DNA of 64,000 nucleotides, taken from assembly GCA_902770735.1 (NCBI GenBank), contig CACXUB010000005.1, positions 5,639 to 69,638 of the forward strand, in the 5' to 3' direction. This document shows, in pieces, positions 20,217 through 29,341 of this stretch (position 1 is the stretch's first letter; each line of letters starts with the position of its first letter). The position numbers and the translations under genes were made by a program. Origin of the DNA: an uncultured Bacteroidota bacterium. Its GTDB lineage: Bacteria > Bacteroidota > Bacteroidia > Bacteroidales > WCHB1-69. The notes beneath the pieces were generated by a model. It was not told where the DNA came from and made no database searches. It saw only the letters and a program-made list of their open reading frames with translations.

Positions 20217-20385
20217 TCTTGCATTTTTAGTACTGAAAGTTGCACATACATCACATTTTCTGCTTTTTTTGCTGTAAAATATGCAAAATGTCATTTTTTC
20301 ATACATTTGTGCACATTTTAACGCGTTTTATGCAGATTTTATGAAAAACAACGACCAAACATCACTATTTTGCACAGTATTGTCG
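20217..20385 (+). promoter_or_regulatory. array of TGCA(C/A/G)A-containing repeats upstream of the LytTR regulator gene (candidate LytTR sites)
   Basis: The TGCA core starts at 20220, 20241, 20282, 20310, 20331 and 20371. Two pairs are spaced exactly 21 bp apart (20220/20241 and 20310/20331). Confidence 0.3.
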
Positions 20386-20432
20386 AGACAATCAACAATT
20401 TTTTTACTTTTACAAGTAATTATGATTAGAAT

Positions 20433-21191
20433 ATGAACTCAAACACGAATTTTGAAGTAGTCATTCTCAGCGAGGATGAAGCCAAGGTGGCAAAGCTAAA
20501 AGGCTTATTATCAAAGTATTACTCGTTAAAAATTGCTCCTGTTTGCAGTAGTATAGCGGAAGCCATCGAGTACATTAACAATCACAAGATCACGATTTTC
20601 TTCTTGGACATGGAGTTTTCGGAGGTGTTGTTCGATATCAGAAAACCACCTTTCATAGTGGGTCTTTGTGATATGATAAACACGAAAAGGGTGAAATCGT
20701 TCCTCAAGATGGGATTTTTCGAGGTTTTTTATTCGCCTTATATGGAAAGGGAATTGAACAGCATTATGGGGAAAATTCTTAACATATTGGGTGCTTACAA
20801 CAAGTTGGACCGGCAGATGATGCAACAGGTGGAAGAGGAGAACGCCCCGTATAATGCGGCGGAACGTCCCATGAAATCCGTTTTTATCATGGGTACGCGC
20901 AACGAGGAGTCTTTCCGGGTCGTTTTCGACGAGGTGTTGTATATTATAAAGGTGGGAAATCAGGTGTGCGTGGTTTTCGAAGACGGTTTCAAGAAGTATT
21001 TTCGGAGCAATTTGAAAATGTTCCTGCAAAAGTTCCCCAAAAGCCAATTCCAGAAAATCAACCGTTCGGTGGTGGTGAATATGGACAAGGTGACGGGAAT
21101 GATTCGGAATCGTGTGCTGATCGCAAACAACGACAAGTTCGAGATTTCGCGTTCATTTAAGAAGGAGTTCAAGGCGAAATTGCCGAAATGA
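20433..21191 (+). CDS. LytTR-family DNA-binding response-regulator-like protein (orphan)
   Basis: Receiver-like N-terminus (VVILSEDE...IFFLDMEF). C-terminal LytTR domain VLYIIKVGNQVCVVFEDGFKKYFRSNLKMFLQKFPKSQFQKINRSVVVNMDKV. No adjacent histidine kinase. Confidence 0.8.
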   Translation: MNSNTNFEVVILSEDEAKVAKLKGLLSKYYSLKIAPVCSSIAEAIEYINNHKITIFFLDMEFSEVLFDIRKPPFIVGLCDMINTKRVKSFLKMGFFEVFYSPYMERELNSIMGKILNILGAYNKLDRQMMQQVEEENAPYNAAERPMKSVFIMGTRNEESFRVVFDEVLYIIKVGNQVCVVFEDGFKKYFRSNLKMFLQKFPKSQFQKINRSVVVNMDKVTGMIRNRVLIANNDKFEISRSFKKEFKAKLPK

Positions 21192-21315
21192 TTTCTTTTG
21201 GACACGACACTTACGTTCAGAACAATATAAAATCAAAGTAAAATGCCGGGTGTGGAATTATCCAGACCTATGGGATTGTTGTCTCTTGTGAAATAGAACC
21301 AATCGATGTTTTTTG

Positions 21316-21323
21316 TACTTTTG
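21316..21323 (+). promoter_or_regulatory. -7 box TACTTTTG for the T9SS beta-helix protein
   Basis: Exact match, 22 nt upstream of ATG 21345. Confidence 0.65.
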
Positions 21324-21344
21324 CCGATAAAAAAGATTTTCGAT

Positions 21345-23078
21345 ATGAATAAATTGTTTTACGTTTTTGCATTTATTTTTGTTGTAAACCAATCAGTTGC
21401 ACAATGGGTGTCACCCGGAACCGGCCAGTCATACACGCTGGAAACCCTTTGCACCGCAGCCCCTTCCGCTGTGCAAAACACATCATCGAACCAATATGAC
21501 ATTTTGCAGAGTATTACCATCTCTGCCGGGGACACGCTGACGTTGGAGTCCACCGCCGAAATGGTGCATGTGTCTATCGGTGTGGTATGGACTGTTCGCG
21601 GGACGATGCGCACCGCTGACAGAACACAACCGCTTCTCATCCAAGGCGATTATTTTGAGGTTCGTTTCGAGGACGCCACCCAGAGTCGATTATCCCACCT
21701 TCATGTCCGCTATTGTCAAGGTATCAACTTGATTAACAGTGAAGTAGTGATTGACTCCTGCGAGTTCGACCACTTTTCCAACAATGTGATCAGCTATATG
21801 AACTGCAGTCCAACCATCCAGAACAGCTATTTTCACGACAACCAAACCTGTGCCATCCAGTCGGCCCTCAATTCTGACGGTTGTCCGGCCATTCTGAACA
21901 ATGTGTTGTATAACAATGTGTTGGCAAACACGAACAATCCGCAGATCAATATAGGTCCTGGTACCACGGACACCATCCGCATCATTGGAAACCTCATCGA
22001 GGGAGTGGCCAGCAACATGTCGGGCGGTATCGGCATCTCGAACATGTTTGGCTTTAGCCAATTGGTCACGCACGTGCTTGTGAAAGACAATGTGGTGAAA
22101 AACAATCGCTATGGTTATACGCAGAACGGGTCTTTGATTTCTTCGGAATTATTTGATAATCAGTTTATTGACAATAATTTGGAGGTCAATCCGAACAACG
22201 GTGGCAGTGGAGTGAGCATATACGGCAACACGACCTGTACGGCCAAGTTGCGCCGAAATCTCATCACCGGTAACCTTTGGGGTGTCACGGCCATCCAGGT
22301 CCCTCTTTTGGATATGGGCACGGCAGAGGATCCCGGTTACAATGTGCTGTACAACAACGGCAACGGAGGTGTTGAATATGAGTTGTATAACAATACCAGC
22401 AACTGTATAGATGCAATTGGTAACTATTGGGGCTGCGACAATGACGCGGCAGCGGAGGATGTGATTTTCCACTGGAACGACAATACGTCGTATGGCCTCG
22501 TCTATTTTCAGCCAATCAATGTGATAGAGCCTGAAATTCTCAGTTTTGCGTTTTTGGCGGAATACAATGAGTTTGCTTTCCCGCTTATGCCAATGGATTA
22601 TTACGGCACTTTTTCCGAAAATGGCGATTCCATTTTGGTGAATATGGCCGGACTTGCCCAATATGGCACCCAGTTGTTGCCCTCGATCACGTGTCCGATG
22701 GGTGTTTCCGTCACGCCGGCGCCTTTGGAACCTCAGAATTTTGTGGAGTCCTCCGTCGTCTATACGGCCACAACTCCCCACCAATCTTCCCGCAGCTATG
22801 TCGTTTGCGTTGACTTCACCTGCGACGTTCCCGACAATGTTTTAACGAAAATTAACCTTGTTCCGAATCCGGTCACGCAGGGATTTTTCATGCTGGACAA
22901 TCCGACAGAATCGGAGTTGGAATGGCGGATTTTCAGCACCAACGGTCAGTGTGTGATGCACGGGGATGCGCAACCGGGAACGAACCGTATCGCCGCGAAA
23001 ACGTTAACACCGGGAACATATCTTGTTTACATACAGAAAGGTAATTCGTTTGTTACCAAGAAGTTGATTATCCGGTAA
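21345..23078 (+). CDS. right-handed beta-helix repeat protein with T9SS C-terminal sorting domain
   Basis: Signal peptide MNKLFYVFAFIFVVNQSVAQ. Repeated N-rich beta-helix turns (NNVLYNNVLANTNN, VKDNVVKNNRYG). C-terminus LVPNPVTQGFFML...GTYLVYIQKGNSFVTKKLIIR is a Por_Secre_tail-type domain. Confidence 0.8.
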   Translation: MNKLFYVFAFIFVVNQSVAQWVSPGTGQSYTLETLCTAAPSAVQNTSSNQYDILQSITISAGDTLTLESTAEMVHVSIGVVWTVRGTMRTADRTQPLLIQGDYFEVRFEDATQSRLSHLHVRYCQGINLINSEVVIDSCEFDHFSNNVISYMNCSPTIQNSYFHDNQTCAIQSALNSDGCPAILNNVLYNNVLANTNNPQINIGPGTTDTIRIIGNLIEGVASNMSGGIGISNMFGFSQLVTHVLVKDNVVKNNRYGYTQNGSLISSELFDNQFIDNNLEVNPNNGGSGVSIYGNTTCTAKLRRNLITGNLWGVTAIQVPLLDMGTAEDPGYNVLYNNGNGGVEYELYNNTSNCIDAIGNYWGCDNDAAAEDVIFHWNDNTSYGLVYFQPINVIEPEILSFAFLAEYNEFAFPLMPMDYYGTFSENGDSILVNMAGLAQYGTQLLPSITCPMGVSVTPAPLEPQNFVESSVVYTATTPHQSSRSYVVCVDFTCDVPDNVLTKINLVPNPVTQGFFMLDNPTESELEWRIFSTNGQCVMHGDAQPGTNRIAAKTLTPGTYLVYIQKGNSFVTKKLIIR

Positions 23079-23080
23079 TA

Positions 23081-23108
23081 GTGGAGACGTGCCATAGCGT
23101 GTCTCTAC
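23081..23108 (+). terminator. GAGAC-type hairpin after the T9SS beta-helix gene
   Basis: GTGGAGACGTG...CGTGTCTCTAC forms an 11-bp stem with three G·U pairs, valid only on the + RNA. No U-run. Confidence 0.4.
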
Positions 23109-23139
23109 AAAAGAAAAACGAAACAGTTTGACTAAAACA

Positions 23140-25272
23140 ATGAATATGAAGAAAGTATTCGTCAGTATCATAACCGTGGTCATCGCCTTTTGTGCGGTGG
23201 CGCAACAAGATTTCCGCGATCCGAGCCTCTCGATTGACGAGCGGGCGCAATTGCTTCTGAACCAGTTGACTTTGGAAGAGAAACTGGGGATGATGGAGCA
23301 TCAGAACCCAGCCGTTGAGCGGTTGGGCATTCCAGCCTACAGCTGGTGGAACGAGGCGTTGCACGGGGTTGCGCGCAACGGTTATGCCACGGTCTATCCG
23401 ATGCCTATCGCGCTGGCCGCCACTTTCGACGACAAGGCGGTGCAGGAGATGTTCGGCATGGTGGCTGACGAAGCGCGGATGAAGTATTACCGCGCACAGC
23501 AGGCCGGTCAGTACGGCGACTATACGGGGCTCACCTTCTTCACCCCGAACATCAACATTTTCCGCGACCCGCGATGGGGCAGGGGCATGGAGACTTACGG
23601 CGAGGATCCGTACCTTACCGGGCGCATGGGGGCTGCCTGTGTGAACGGTTTGCAGCAGAAGTCCAACGGCCGCTACAAGTCGCTCGCCTGCATCAAGCAC
23701 TTTGCCGTGCACAGCGGACCCGAGGCCGATCGCCATTCGTTCGATGCCACTGTCAGCGGCCGTGCATTCTGGACCACCTATCTGCCTGCGTTCAAGTACG
23801 TTGTGGATCATTCGGACGTGAGTATGGTGATGTGCGGTTACAACCGTCTGAACGGGGTGCCGTGCTGTACCAACGAGAGTCTGTTGGTGCAGATCCTCCG
23901 CGACCAATGGGGTTATGACGGGTTGTTCGTCACCGATTGCTGGGCGCTGAACGACTGTTGGGAGCGCGACAAGGTGATTCCGCGGCACGAGACACACGCG
24001 ACCGCTTCCGATGCCGCCGCCGCCGCGTTCGGTTCCGTCATCGATTTGGAGTGCGGCAGCGGCCTCAACGCACTGAAAGAGGCGTATTATAAGGGGATGA
24101 TTCCGAAGGATATTATTGACAACCATGTACTTAAGATTCTCAAAGCGCGCTTGGCTTTGGGAATGTTCGATCCGCAACAGCCGTTCTGGAAGCTGCCGGA
24201 TACGGCTACTTTTGATAAGATGGCTCTCAAAATGGCGCAAAAGAGCATCGTGCTGTTGCAAAACCGGAATGAAATTCTGCCGTTGCAGCCTGAAAAATAC
24301 AAAAGGATCGCTATTGTGGGACCCAATGCGGCGGATTCGGTTATGCTGTGCGGCAATTACAACGGGACTCCGCGCCACGCGGTGACCATCTACGAAGGTA
24401 TCGTCAACTATATCAACACGTTGCCGGCAAAAGAACGGCCCCAAATCTATTTCGACACGGCGTGCCATCACGTGGACGGCAAGTATCGTCCGCCCCGTGA
24501 CTTTGACAAGCAGATTGCGAAGTGCGACCTGGTGATTTTCGTCGGCGGGCTTTCTCCCGAATTGGAGGGCGAGGAGTTGAAGGTGGAGATGGACGGTTTC
24601 CACGGCGGGGACAGAACCACGATTGACTTGCCTCGGATTCAGGAGGGTATGTTGATGAAAATCAAGAAGATGGGTAAACCGGTGGTGTTTGTGCTTTGTT
24701 CTGGCGGCGCGGTGGCCGTGGACTGGGAGGATCAGAATTTGGATGCGGTGTTAGCAGGCTGGTACGGCGGTCAGGCGGCGGGCACGGCCATGGCGGATGT
24801 GCTTTTCGGCAAGATCAACCCCAGCGGCAAGCTGCCCGTGACCTTCTACAGCTCCAGCAACGAGCTTCCGCCGTTCGACAGTTACGAGATGGAGAACCGC
24901 ACTTACCGTTTTATGACGGAAAAACCGCTATATCCTTTCGGATACGGGCTGAGTTACACGCAATTTGAGTATGAAAACGCCAAATATGACCCGGCAGGTC
25001 GCGTTTTCACCTGCAAAATCAATAATGTCGGAAAGTACAATGGCGAGGAAGTGGCACAGCTCTATATGACTAACAAGGATGACAAGCAGGGGCCGGTGAA
25101 GACGTTGGTGGGTTTCAAGCGCGTGTTTGTCCCTGCGGGGAAAAGCGTAACCGTCTCCTTTCAAGTGGATGACGAGTTTTTCCAGACATTTTCGGACGAG
25201 CGTCAGCATTTCGAAATCCATCCGGGCCATTTTGTGTTTTACTACGGGGATAAAGTGATGGAGGTGAAGTAA
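23140..25272 (+). CDS. glycoside hydrolase family 3 (beta-glucosidase/beta-xylosidase type)
   Basis: LTLEEKLGMM, GIPAYSWWNEALHGV, GEDPYLTGRMG, KHFAVHSGPE and VTDCWAL (nucleophile Asp context). Three-domain length of ~710 aa. Confidence 0.9.
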   Translation: MNMKKVFVSIITVVIAFCAVAQQDFRDPSLSIDERAQLLLNQLTLEEKLGMMEHQNPAVERLGIPAYSWWNEALHGVARNGYATVYPMPIALAATFDDKAVQEMFGMVADEARMKYYRAQQAGQYGDYTGLTFFTPNINIFRDPRWGRGMETYGEDPYLTGRMGAACVNGLQQKSNGRYKSLACIKHFAVHSGPEADRHSFDATVSGRAFWTTYLPAFKYVVDHSDVSMVMCGYNRLNGVPCCTNESLLVQILRDQWGYDGLFVTDCWALNDCWERDKVIPRHETHATASDAAAAAFGSVIDLECGSGLNALKEAYYKGMIPKDIIDNHVLKILKARLALGMFDPQQPFWKLPDTATFDKMALKMAQKSIVLLQNRNEILPLQPEKYKRIAIVGPNAADSVMLCGNYNGTPRHAVTIYEGIVNYINTLPAKERPQIYFDTACHHVDGKYRPPRDFDKQIAKCDLVIFVGGLSPELEGEELKVEMDGFHGGDRTTIDLPRIQEGMLMKIKKMGKPVVFVLCSGGAVAVDWEDQNLDAVLAGWYGGQAAGTAMADVLFGKINPSGKLPVTFYSSSNELPPFDSYEMENRTYRFMTEKPLYPFGYGLSYTQFEYENAKYDPAGRVFTCKINNVGKYNGEEVAQLYMTNKDDKQGPVKTLVGFKRVFVPAGKSVTVSFQVDDEFFQTFSDERQHFEIHPGHFVFYYGDKVMEVK

Positions 25273-25336
25273 AGACACGGTGTATTGCGTCTTTGCGTAC
25301 TGGATTTCAGGAATTTGTGTGCATTGAAAATTTGTG

Positions 25337-25344
25337 TACTTTTG
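25337..25344 (+). promoter_or_regulatory. -7 box TACTTTTG for rpe
   Basis: Exact match, 21 nt upstream of ATG 25365. Confidence 0.65.
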
Positions 25345-25364
25345 CCGCCGCAAAATGTAAAGAT

Positions 25365-26018
25365 ATGAGTGTGAAACCGATTATTGCTCCGTCGTTGCTG
25401 TCGGCGGATTTCAACCGATTGGGTGAAGAAATTGAAATGTTGAACCGTTCCGAGGCCGACTGGATCCATCTGGACGTGATGGACGGTGTGTTCGTGCCGA
25501 ATATCTCGTTCGGAATGCCCGTCATCAAAGCCGTTCGGAAGTTGGCGCAAAAGCCGTTGGACACCCATCTGATGATTGTGCAACCGGAGCGTTACATCCA
25601 GACTTTCAAGGAGATAGGTTGTGATTTGTTAACGGTGCATTGGGAGGCTTGCACGCACCTGCATCGCACCATCGCACAAATCAAAGAACAGGACATGTTA
25701 GCGGGGGTCGCACTGAACCCGCACACACCGGTTTCCGGATTGGAAGATGTCATCCAAGATCTTGATTTGGTGTTGATTATGTCGGTGAATCCCGGTTTCG
25801 GCGGACAGAAGTTCATTCCGCGTTCTTTACACCGCATTGCTGAACTTCGCGCGATGATCAAGCGCAACAAGTCGAACGCGCTCATCGAAGTCGATGGCGG
25901 TGTGAATGCCGACAACATCGCGGACATCATCAATGCCGGTGCCGATGCGGTGGTGGCAGGAAATGCCGTTTTCAAAGCGGAAAATCCCGAAAATATGATT
26001 CATGAATTAAAACTATAA
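25365..26018 (+). CDS. rpe: ribulose-phosphate 3-epimerase
   Basis: APSLLSADF, HLDVMDGVFVPN, MSVNPGFGGQKF, VDGGVN. Track start 25293 runs through the -7 box, so ATG 25365 is used. Confidence 0.93.
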   Translation: MSVKPIIAPSLLSADFNRLGEEIEMLNRSEADWIHLDVMDGVFVPNISFGMPVIKAVRKLAQKPLDTHLMIVQPERYIQTFKEIGCDLLTVHWEACTHLHRTIAQIKEQDMLAGVALNPHTPVSGLEDVIQDLDLVLIMSVNPGFGGQKFIPRSLHRIAELRAMIKRNKSNALIEVDGGVNADNIADIINAGADAVVAGNAVFKAENPENMIHELKL

Positions 26019-26020
26019 CA

Positions 26021-26644
26021 ATGAAAAAGCTTTTTGTTCTTCTTTTTGTAGGATTGTGTTTTATTTCTAACGCGCAAACCGTTACTTACCAAGATATTTT
26101 GGAACAAAAACCGGCCAAAGAATTAACTGGAAGAAAAGGCGGTGATGACATCACGGCATACGTGGCGTCCGACGGTGTCACGTACAAAATTGGTTCCACC
26201 ATAACATACGGTTATCCGACAAACGGCAAGTATTACCTCTATTTCAAGGATGTTACCGGAAGTTGGCTAAACGTTTTGGCAGAAGATGAAAAGGCGAGCG
26301 CCTCTGATCGTGCGGTAAGTCAAGAGCGTGCGGAGCGCATCGAAAATCGTGCCGGCGGCGTGGCCACCATCAAAAGAATCCAGTGCGTTCCTGTGGATCC
26401 TTTCAACAAAATGACATGCGGCTGCAAAATCGTCCTCGTGTTGAACCGCGGCGGTTTGGCCTGCACCAACTTCGAAGAGGCGATTGCCACGAAGGAGGTC
26501 GTCGTGAAAGCCAACCTGGACGATATGGCTTCCGATGCCGCCTTGCAAGAATTGAAAAAGTGGAAGGAAAAATTGGACCTCCAAATCATCACACAAGAGG
26601 AATATGATGCCAAAAAGGCCGAATTGATGAAAAAAATCAAATAA
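26021..26644 (+). CDS. hypothetical secreted protein with C-terminal SHOCT-like motif
   Basis: Signal peptide MKKLFVLLFVGLCFISNAQ. C-terminus LQELKKWKEKLDLQIITQEEYDAKKAELMKKI resembles a SHOCT domain. Confidence 0.6.
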   Translation: MKKLFVLLFVGLCFISNAQTVTYQDILEQKPAKELTGRKGGDDITAYVASDGVTYKIGSTITYGYPTNGKYYLYFKDVTGSWLNVLAEDEKASASDRAVSQERAERIENRAGGVATIKRIQCVPVDPFNKMTCGCKIVLVLNRGGLACTNFEEAIATKEVVVKANLDDMASDAALQELKKWKEKLDLQIITQEEYDAKKAELMKKIK

Positions 26645-26656
26645 ACATAGACTTTT

Positions 26657-27901
26657 ATGGAAAATAAGAAAAGCACCGCCTATAGCATGTTCGTCATCGG
26701 ATCGCTGTTTTTCGTATTCGGTTTCGTGACATGGTTGAACAATATTCTCATTCCGTACATGAGAACTTCTTGCGAACTCACCACGCAAGTGCAGGGCTAC
26801 TTGGTGACATTCGCCTTCTACATTGCCTATTTCGTGATGTCCATCCCTTCATCCTTCGTGTTGAAGAAGACGGGTTACAGCAATGGCATGGCTTTGGGTT
26901 TGGTCGTCATGGCCATCGGGTGCATGATGTTCATCCCCGGTGCGAAGATGCGCAGCTACCCGATGTTCCTGTTGGGTCTGTTCCTGCAGGGCAGCGGATT
27001 GTCGCTGTTGCAGACCGCCAGCAATCCCTACGTCACGGTCATCGGTCCGATTGAGTCGGCGGCGCGGCGTATGAGCATCATGGGCATCTGCAACAAGGTG
27101 GCGGGTATGATCGGCATTTTGGTGCTCTACAACGCCCTCTTCAGCGGCAAGGAGCACCTCTTCGAGAGCATCAAGGAGATGGCTCCCGGTGCGGAGAAAG
27201 AAGCCATGCTGCAGCAGCTCTCCAATGGCGTCATCATTCCCTATCTCATTATGACCGCTGTACTCATCGCATTGGTACTCTTCATCAAAACCGCGCATCT
27301 GCCGGACATTGTGGAGGAAGAGAAGAAAATCGGTGGGCAGAAGACCAGCATTCTCAGTTTCCCGTATCTGTGGCTCGGCGTTTTGGCTATCTTCTTCTAT
27401 GTAGGTGCTGAGGTCATTGCCATTGACACGCTGATTCCTTACGGCGACTACTACGGCATACCCACGTCGGTGTCGCACTATTTCGGCGTTTATGCCTTGA
27501 TTGCCTTGTTAGTGGGTTACATCTGCGGCATCTTGTTTGTGCCGAAGGTGATTTCGCAGCGTCAGGCCTTGATTATTCAACTGTTGCTCTCTGTCGCGTT
27601 GGTTATTGTGGCATTGTGCACCACAGGCATAGTCTCCATCATCGCGATTATCTGTCTGAGTTTCGCGCATGCCATCATGTGGCCCGCCATCTGGCCGTTG
27701 GCTATCCATGATTTAGGCGACCACACCGAGTTTGCCTCCGCGCTGATGGTGATGGCCATCGTGGGCGGTGCCGTCATGCCGCTGATCTACGGCAAAATCG
27801 CCGATGCCGTGAACAATCACGCCGCCTACGCGCTGTTGTTCGTCAGCTACGCATATATCTTGTTCTTCGCGACGGTGGGATACAAAATTGAGAAAAAATA
27901 A
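26657..27901 (+). CDS. MFS transporter, glucose/galactose (GluP) / L-fucose permease family
   Basis: FFVFGFVTWLNNILIPY, LFLQGSGLSLLQTASNPY, 12-TM pattern, 414 aa. Confidence 0.85.
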   Translation: MENKKSTAYSMFVIGSLFFVFGFVTWLNNILIPYMRTSCELTTQVQGYLVTFAFYIAYFVMSIPSSFVLKKTGYSNGMALGLVVMAIGCMMFIPGAKMRSYPMFLLGLFLQGSGLSLLQTASNPYVTVIGPIESAARRMSIMGICNKVAGMIGILVLYNALFSGKEHLFESIKEMAPGAEKEAMLQQLSNGVIIPYLIMTAVLIALVLFIKTAHLPDIVEEEKKIGGQKTSILSFPYLWLGVLAIFFYVGAEVIAIDTLIPYGDYYGIPTSVSHYFGVYALIALLVGYICGILFVPKVISQRQALIIQLLLSVALVIVALCTTGIVSIIAIICLSFAHAIMWPAIWPLAIHDLGDHTEFASALMVMAIVGGAVMPLIYGKIADAVNNHAAYALLFVSYAYILFFATVGYKIEKK

Positions 27902-27914
27902 AAATATTCAGTAA

Positions 27915-27967
27915 GGGGTGAAAGCCCGACATATATCAGCCCAGGGTAAGCGATAGCGAGCCCTGGG
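27915..27967 (+). repeat. diverged copy of the composite hairpin repeat
   Basis: GGGGTGAAAGCCCGACATATATCAGC followed by CCCAGGG-TAAGCGATAGCGAG-CCCTGGG. Same architecture as 4679-4730. Confidence 0.8.
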
Positions 27968-27975
27968 TTTTATAG
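27940..27975 (+). terminator. hairpin plus T-run after the GluP-like transporter gene
   Basis: CCCAGGG(27940-27946)/CCCTGGG(27961-27967) with loop TAAGCGATAGCGAG, followed by TTTTAT. Confidence 0.55.
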
Positions 27976-27982
27976 TTACAAA

Positions 27983-28672
27983 ATGGAAGAAAGTCACGAT
28001 AGGATTCGCATTATCGCCCGTATTCGCAGCGAGTTCCCGACGAAGTTCGGGATTCCGAGGCAGAGCGGGCTGGTGCCGTCGTTGCGGGCGCGCATCGTGT
28101 TTGAGCCGGAGTTCCGGAATGCCGAGGCATTGCGTGGCATTGAGGAGTTTTCCCATTTGTGGCTGATTTGGGGTTTTTCTGAGGTACAGCAGGAGGGCTG
28201 GTCGCCGACGGTGCGGCCTCCTCGACTCGGCGGCAACCGCCGTATGGGCGTCTTCGCCACGCGCTCGCCGTTCCGGCCCAATCCCATCGGGCTCTCCTGC
28301 GTGGAGCTCATCGAGGCCGACTTCAATCCCAAAAATCCGACCCTCCTCGTAGGTGGCGCTGACCTTATGGATGGCACCCCCATCTACGACATCAAACCCT
28401 ATCTGCTCACCACCGACTGCCATCCGGAAGCCACCAAAGGGTTCACGCAAGAGCACGAGAACTACCAGCTTGAGGTGGAGATTCCCGAAGCTATTGCCAA
28501 GAGGCTGAAACCCGAAAAGTTGGAGAAGTTGCGGGAGGTGTTGGCGCAAGACCCGCGCCCCGCCTACCACCACGACGAAGACCGGGTTTATGGGTTTCCG
28601 TTTGACGGGTACGAAGTGAAGTTTCAGGTGGTGGATAAAACGGCCGTGGTGCGCGAGATTCGCCGCAGGTGA
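27983..28672 (+). CDS. trmO: tRNA (N6-threonylcarbamoyladenosine37-N6)-methyltransferase TrmO (TsaA/YaeB family)
   Basis: FPTKFGIPRQSGLV, FSHLWLIWGF, GVFATRSPFRPNPIGLS, DGTPIYDIKPY. Confidence 0.85.
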   Translation: MEESHDRIRIIARIRSEFPTKFGIPRQSGLVPSLRARIVFEPEFRNAEALRGIEEFSHLWLIWGFSEVQQEGWSPTVRPPRLGGNRRMGVFATRSPFRPNPIGLSCVELIEADFNPKNPTLLVGGADLMDGTPIYDIKPYLLTTDCHPEATKGFTQEHENYQLEVEIPEAIAKRLKPEKLEKLREVLAQDPRPAYHHDEDRVYGFPFDGYEVKFQVVDKTAVVREIRRR

Positions 28673-28679
28673 GAGTTGT

Positions 28680-29255
28680 TCAGGGATTCTTTATACAGAT
28701 TTTCGTCAACCCTCCCTTTTTGCCCATCACGAAGAGGGCGTTTTCTTCATTCGGTTCGGGGATGTGGACAAAAAGAGGCTCGTGCAGGGTGAACTGGTCG
28801 CAAAGGAACACTTCTCCCTGTTTCAATTTGGCATTTTCAGACGTCAGGATCACAAAACGTTGGTCACCTTGAAAAGCGGCGACACAGCGGCGGTTGGGGT
28901 TCCAGAAGAACTCCACCTGTGCACCCACAGGGAGGTTTTCCGCATACAAGGTTTCGCTCTTCACGCGGTGCGACGATTGCACACTTTCCACCTCGCAGTA
29001 GTCTGACACGAAGGTCTCCCAGTCGGGGAAACCGGTGAAGCGGGCGAGAATGTCGAGGGTGCTGGAGCGCACCGAGGCATAGCCATCCACATAGCCCCAG
29101 AGCCGCTTCAGCGTGGAAACGCTGAGGTTCTCATTCAGCCGTCCCCGAATCTCTCCCGACAGGAAGATGAAGTCGTTGGAGGTTTCAATACGGTGATCCG
29201 CCGACTCCTCCACGAGTTGGCGCAGCAGGGTGATATGTTGCAGATTAACAGGCAT
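28680..29255 (-). CDS. hypothetical protein (HTH-like N-terminal segment, beta-rich C-terminal half)
   Basis: 191 aa, ATG start, own -7 box 21 nt upstream. The LSVSTLKRLWGY segment resembles an HTH recognition region. No family recognised. Confidence 0.55.
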   Translation of the reverse strand: MPVNLQHITLLRQLVEESADHRIETSNDFIFLSGEIRGRLNENLSVSTLKRLWGYVDGYASVRSSTLDILARFTGFPDWETFVSDYCEVESVQSSHRVKSETLYAENLPVGAQVEFFWNPNRRCVAAFQGDQRFVILTSENAKLKQGEVFLCDQFTLHEPLFVHIPEPNEENALFVMGKKGGLTKICIKNP

Positions 29256-29275
29256 GTTCGTTCAAATTGCAGGCG

Positions 29276-29283
29276 CAAAAATA
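29276..29283 (-). promoter_or_regulatory. -7 box TATTTTTG for 28680..29255
   Basis: Exact match on the minus strand, 21 nt upstream of the start. Adjacent ATTCGAAT palindrome at 29289-29296. Confidence 0.6.
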
Positions 29284-29341
29284 GCAAACATTCGAATATG
29301 CGGAGCAGGTTCTTTTTCGGTTCTTTTTGCTGTTGGATTTA

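Noticed and set aside
20405-20412. TACTTTTA upstream of the LytTR gene, and TATTTTCG (41243-41250, minus) upstream of trkA, as -7 boxes
   Set aside because: Each deviates from TAnnTTTG at a conserved position. They are plausible weak promoters but are not listed as features.
22665-22682. TGGCACCCAGTTGTTGC, a sigma-54-like word
   Set aside because: It lies inside the beta-helix CDS, and the spacing between the GG and GC elements is wrong (TTGC is displaced by 2 nt).
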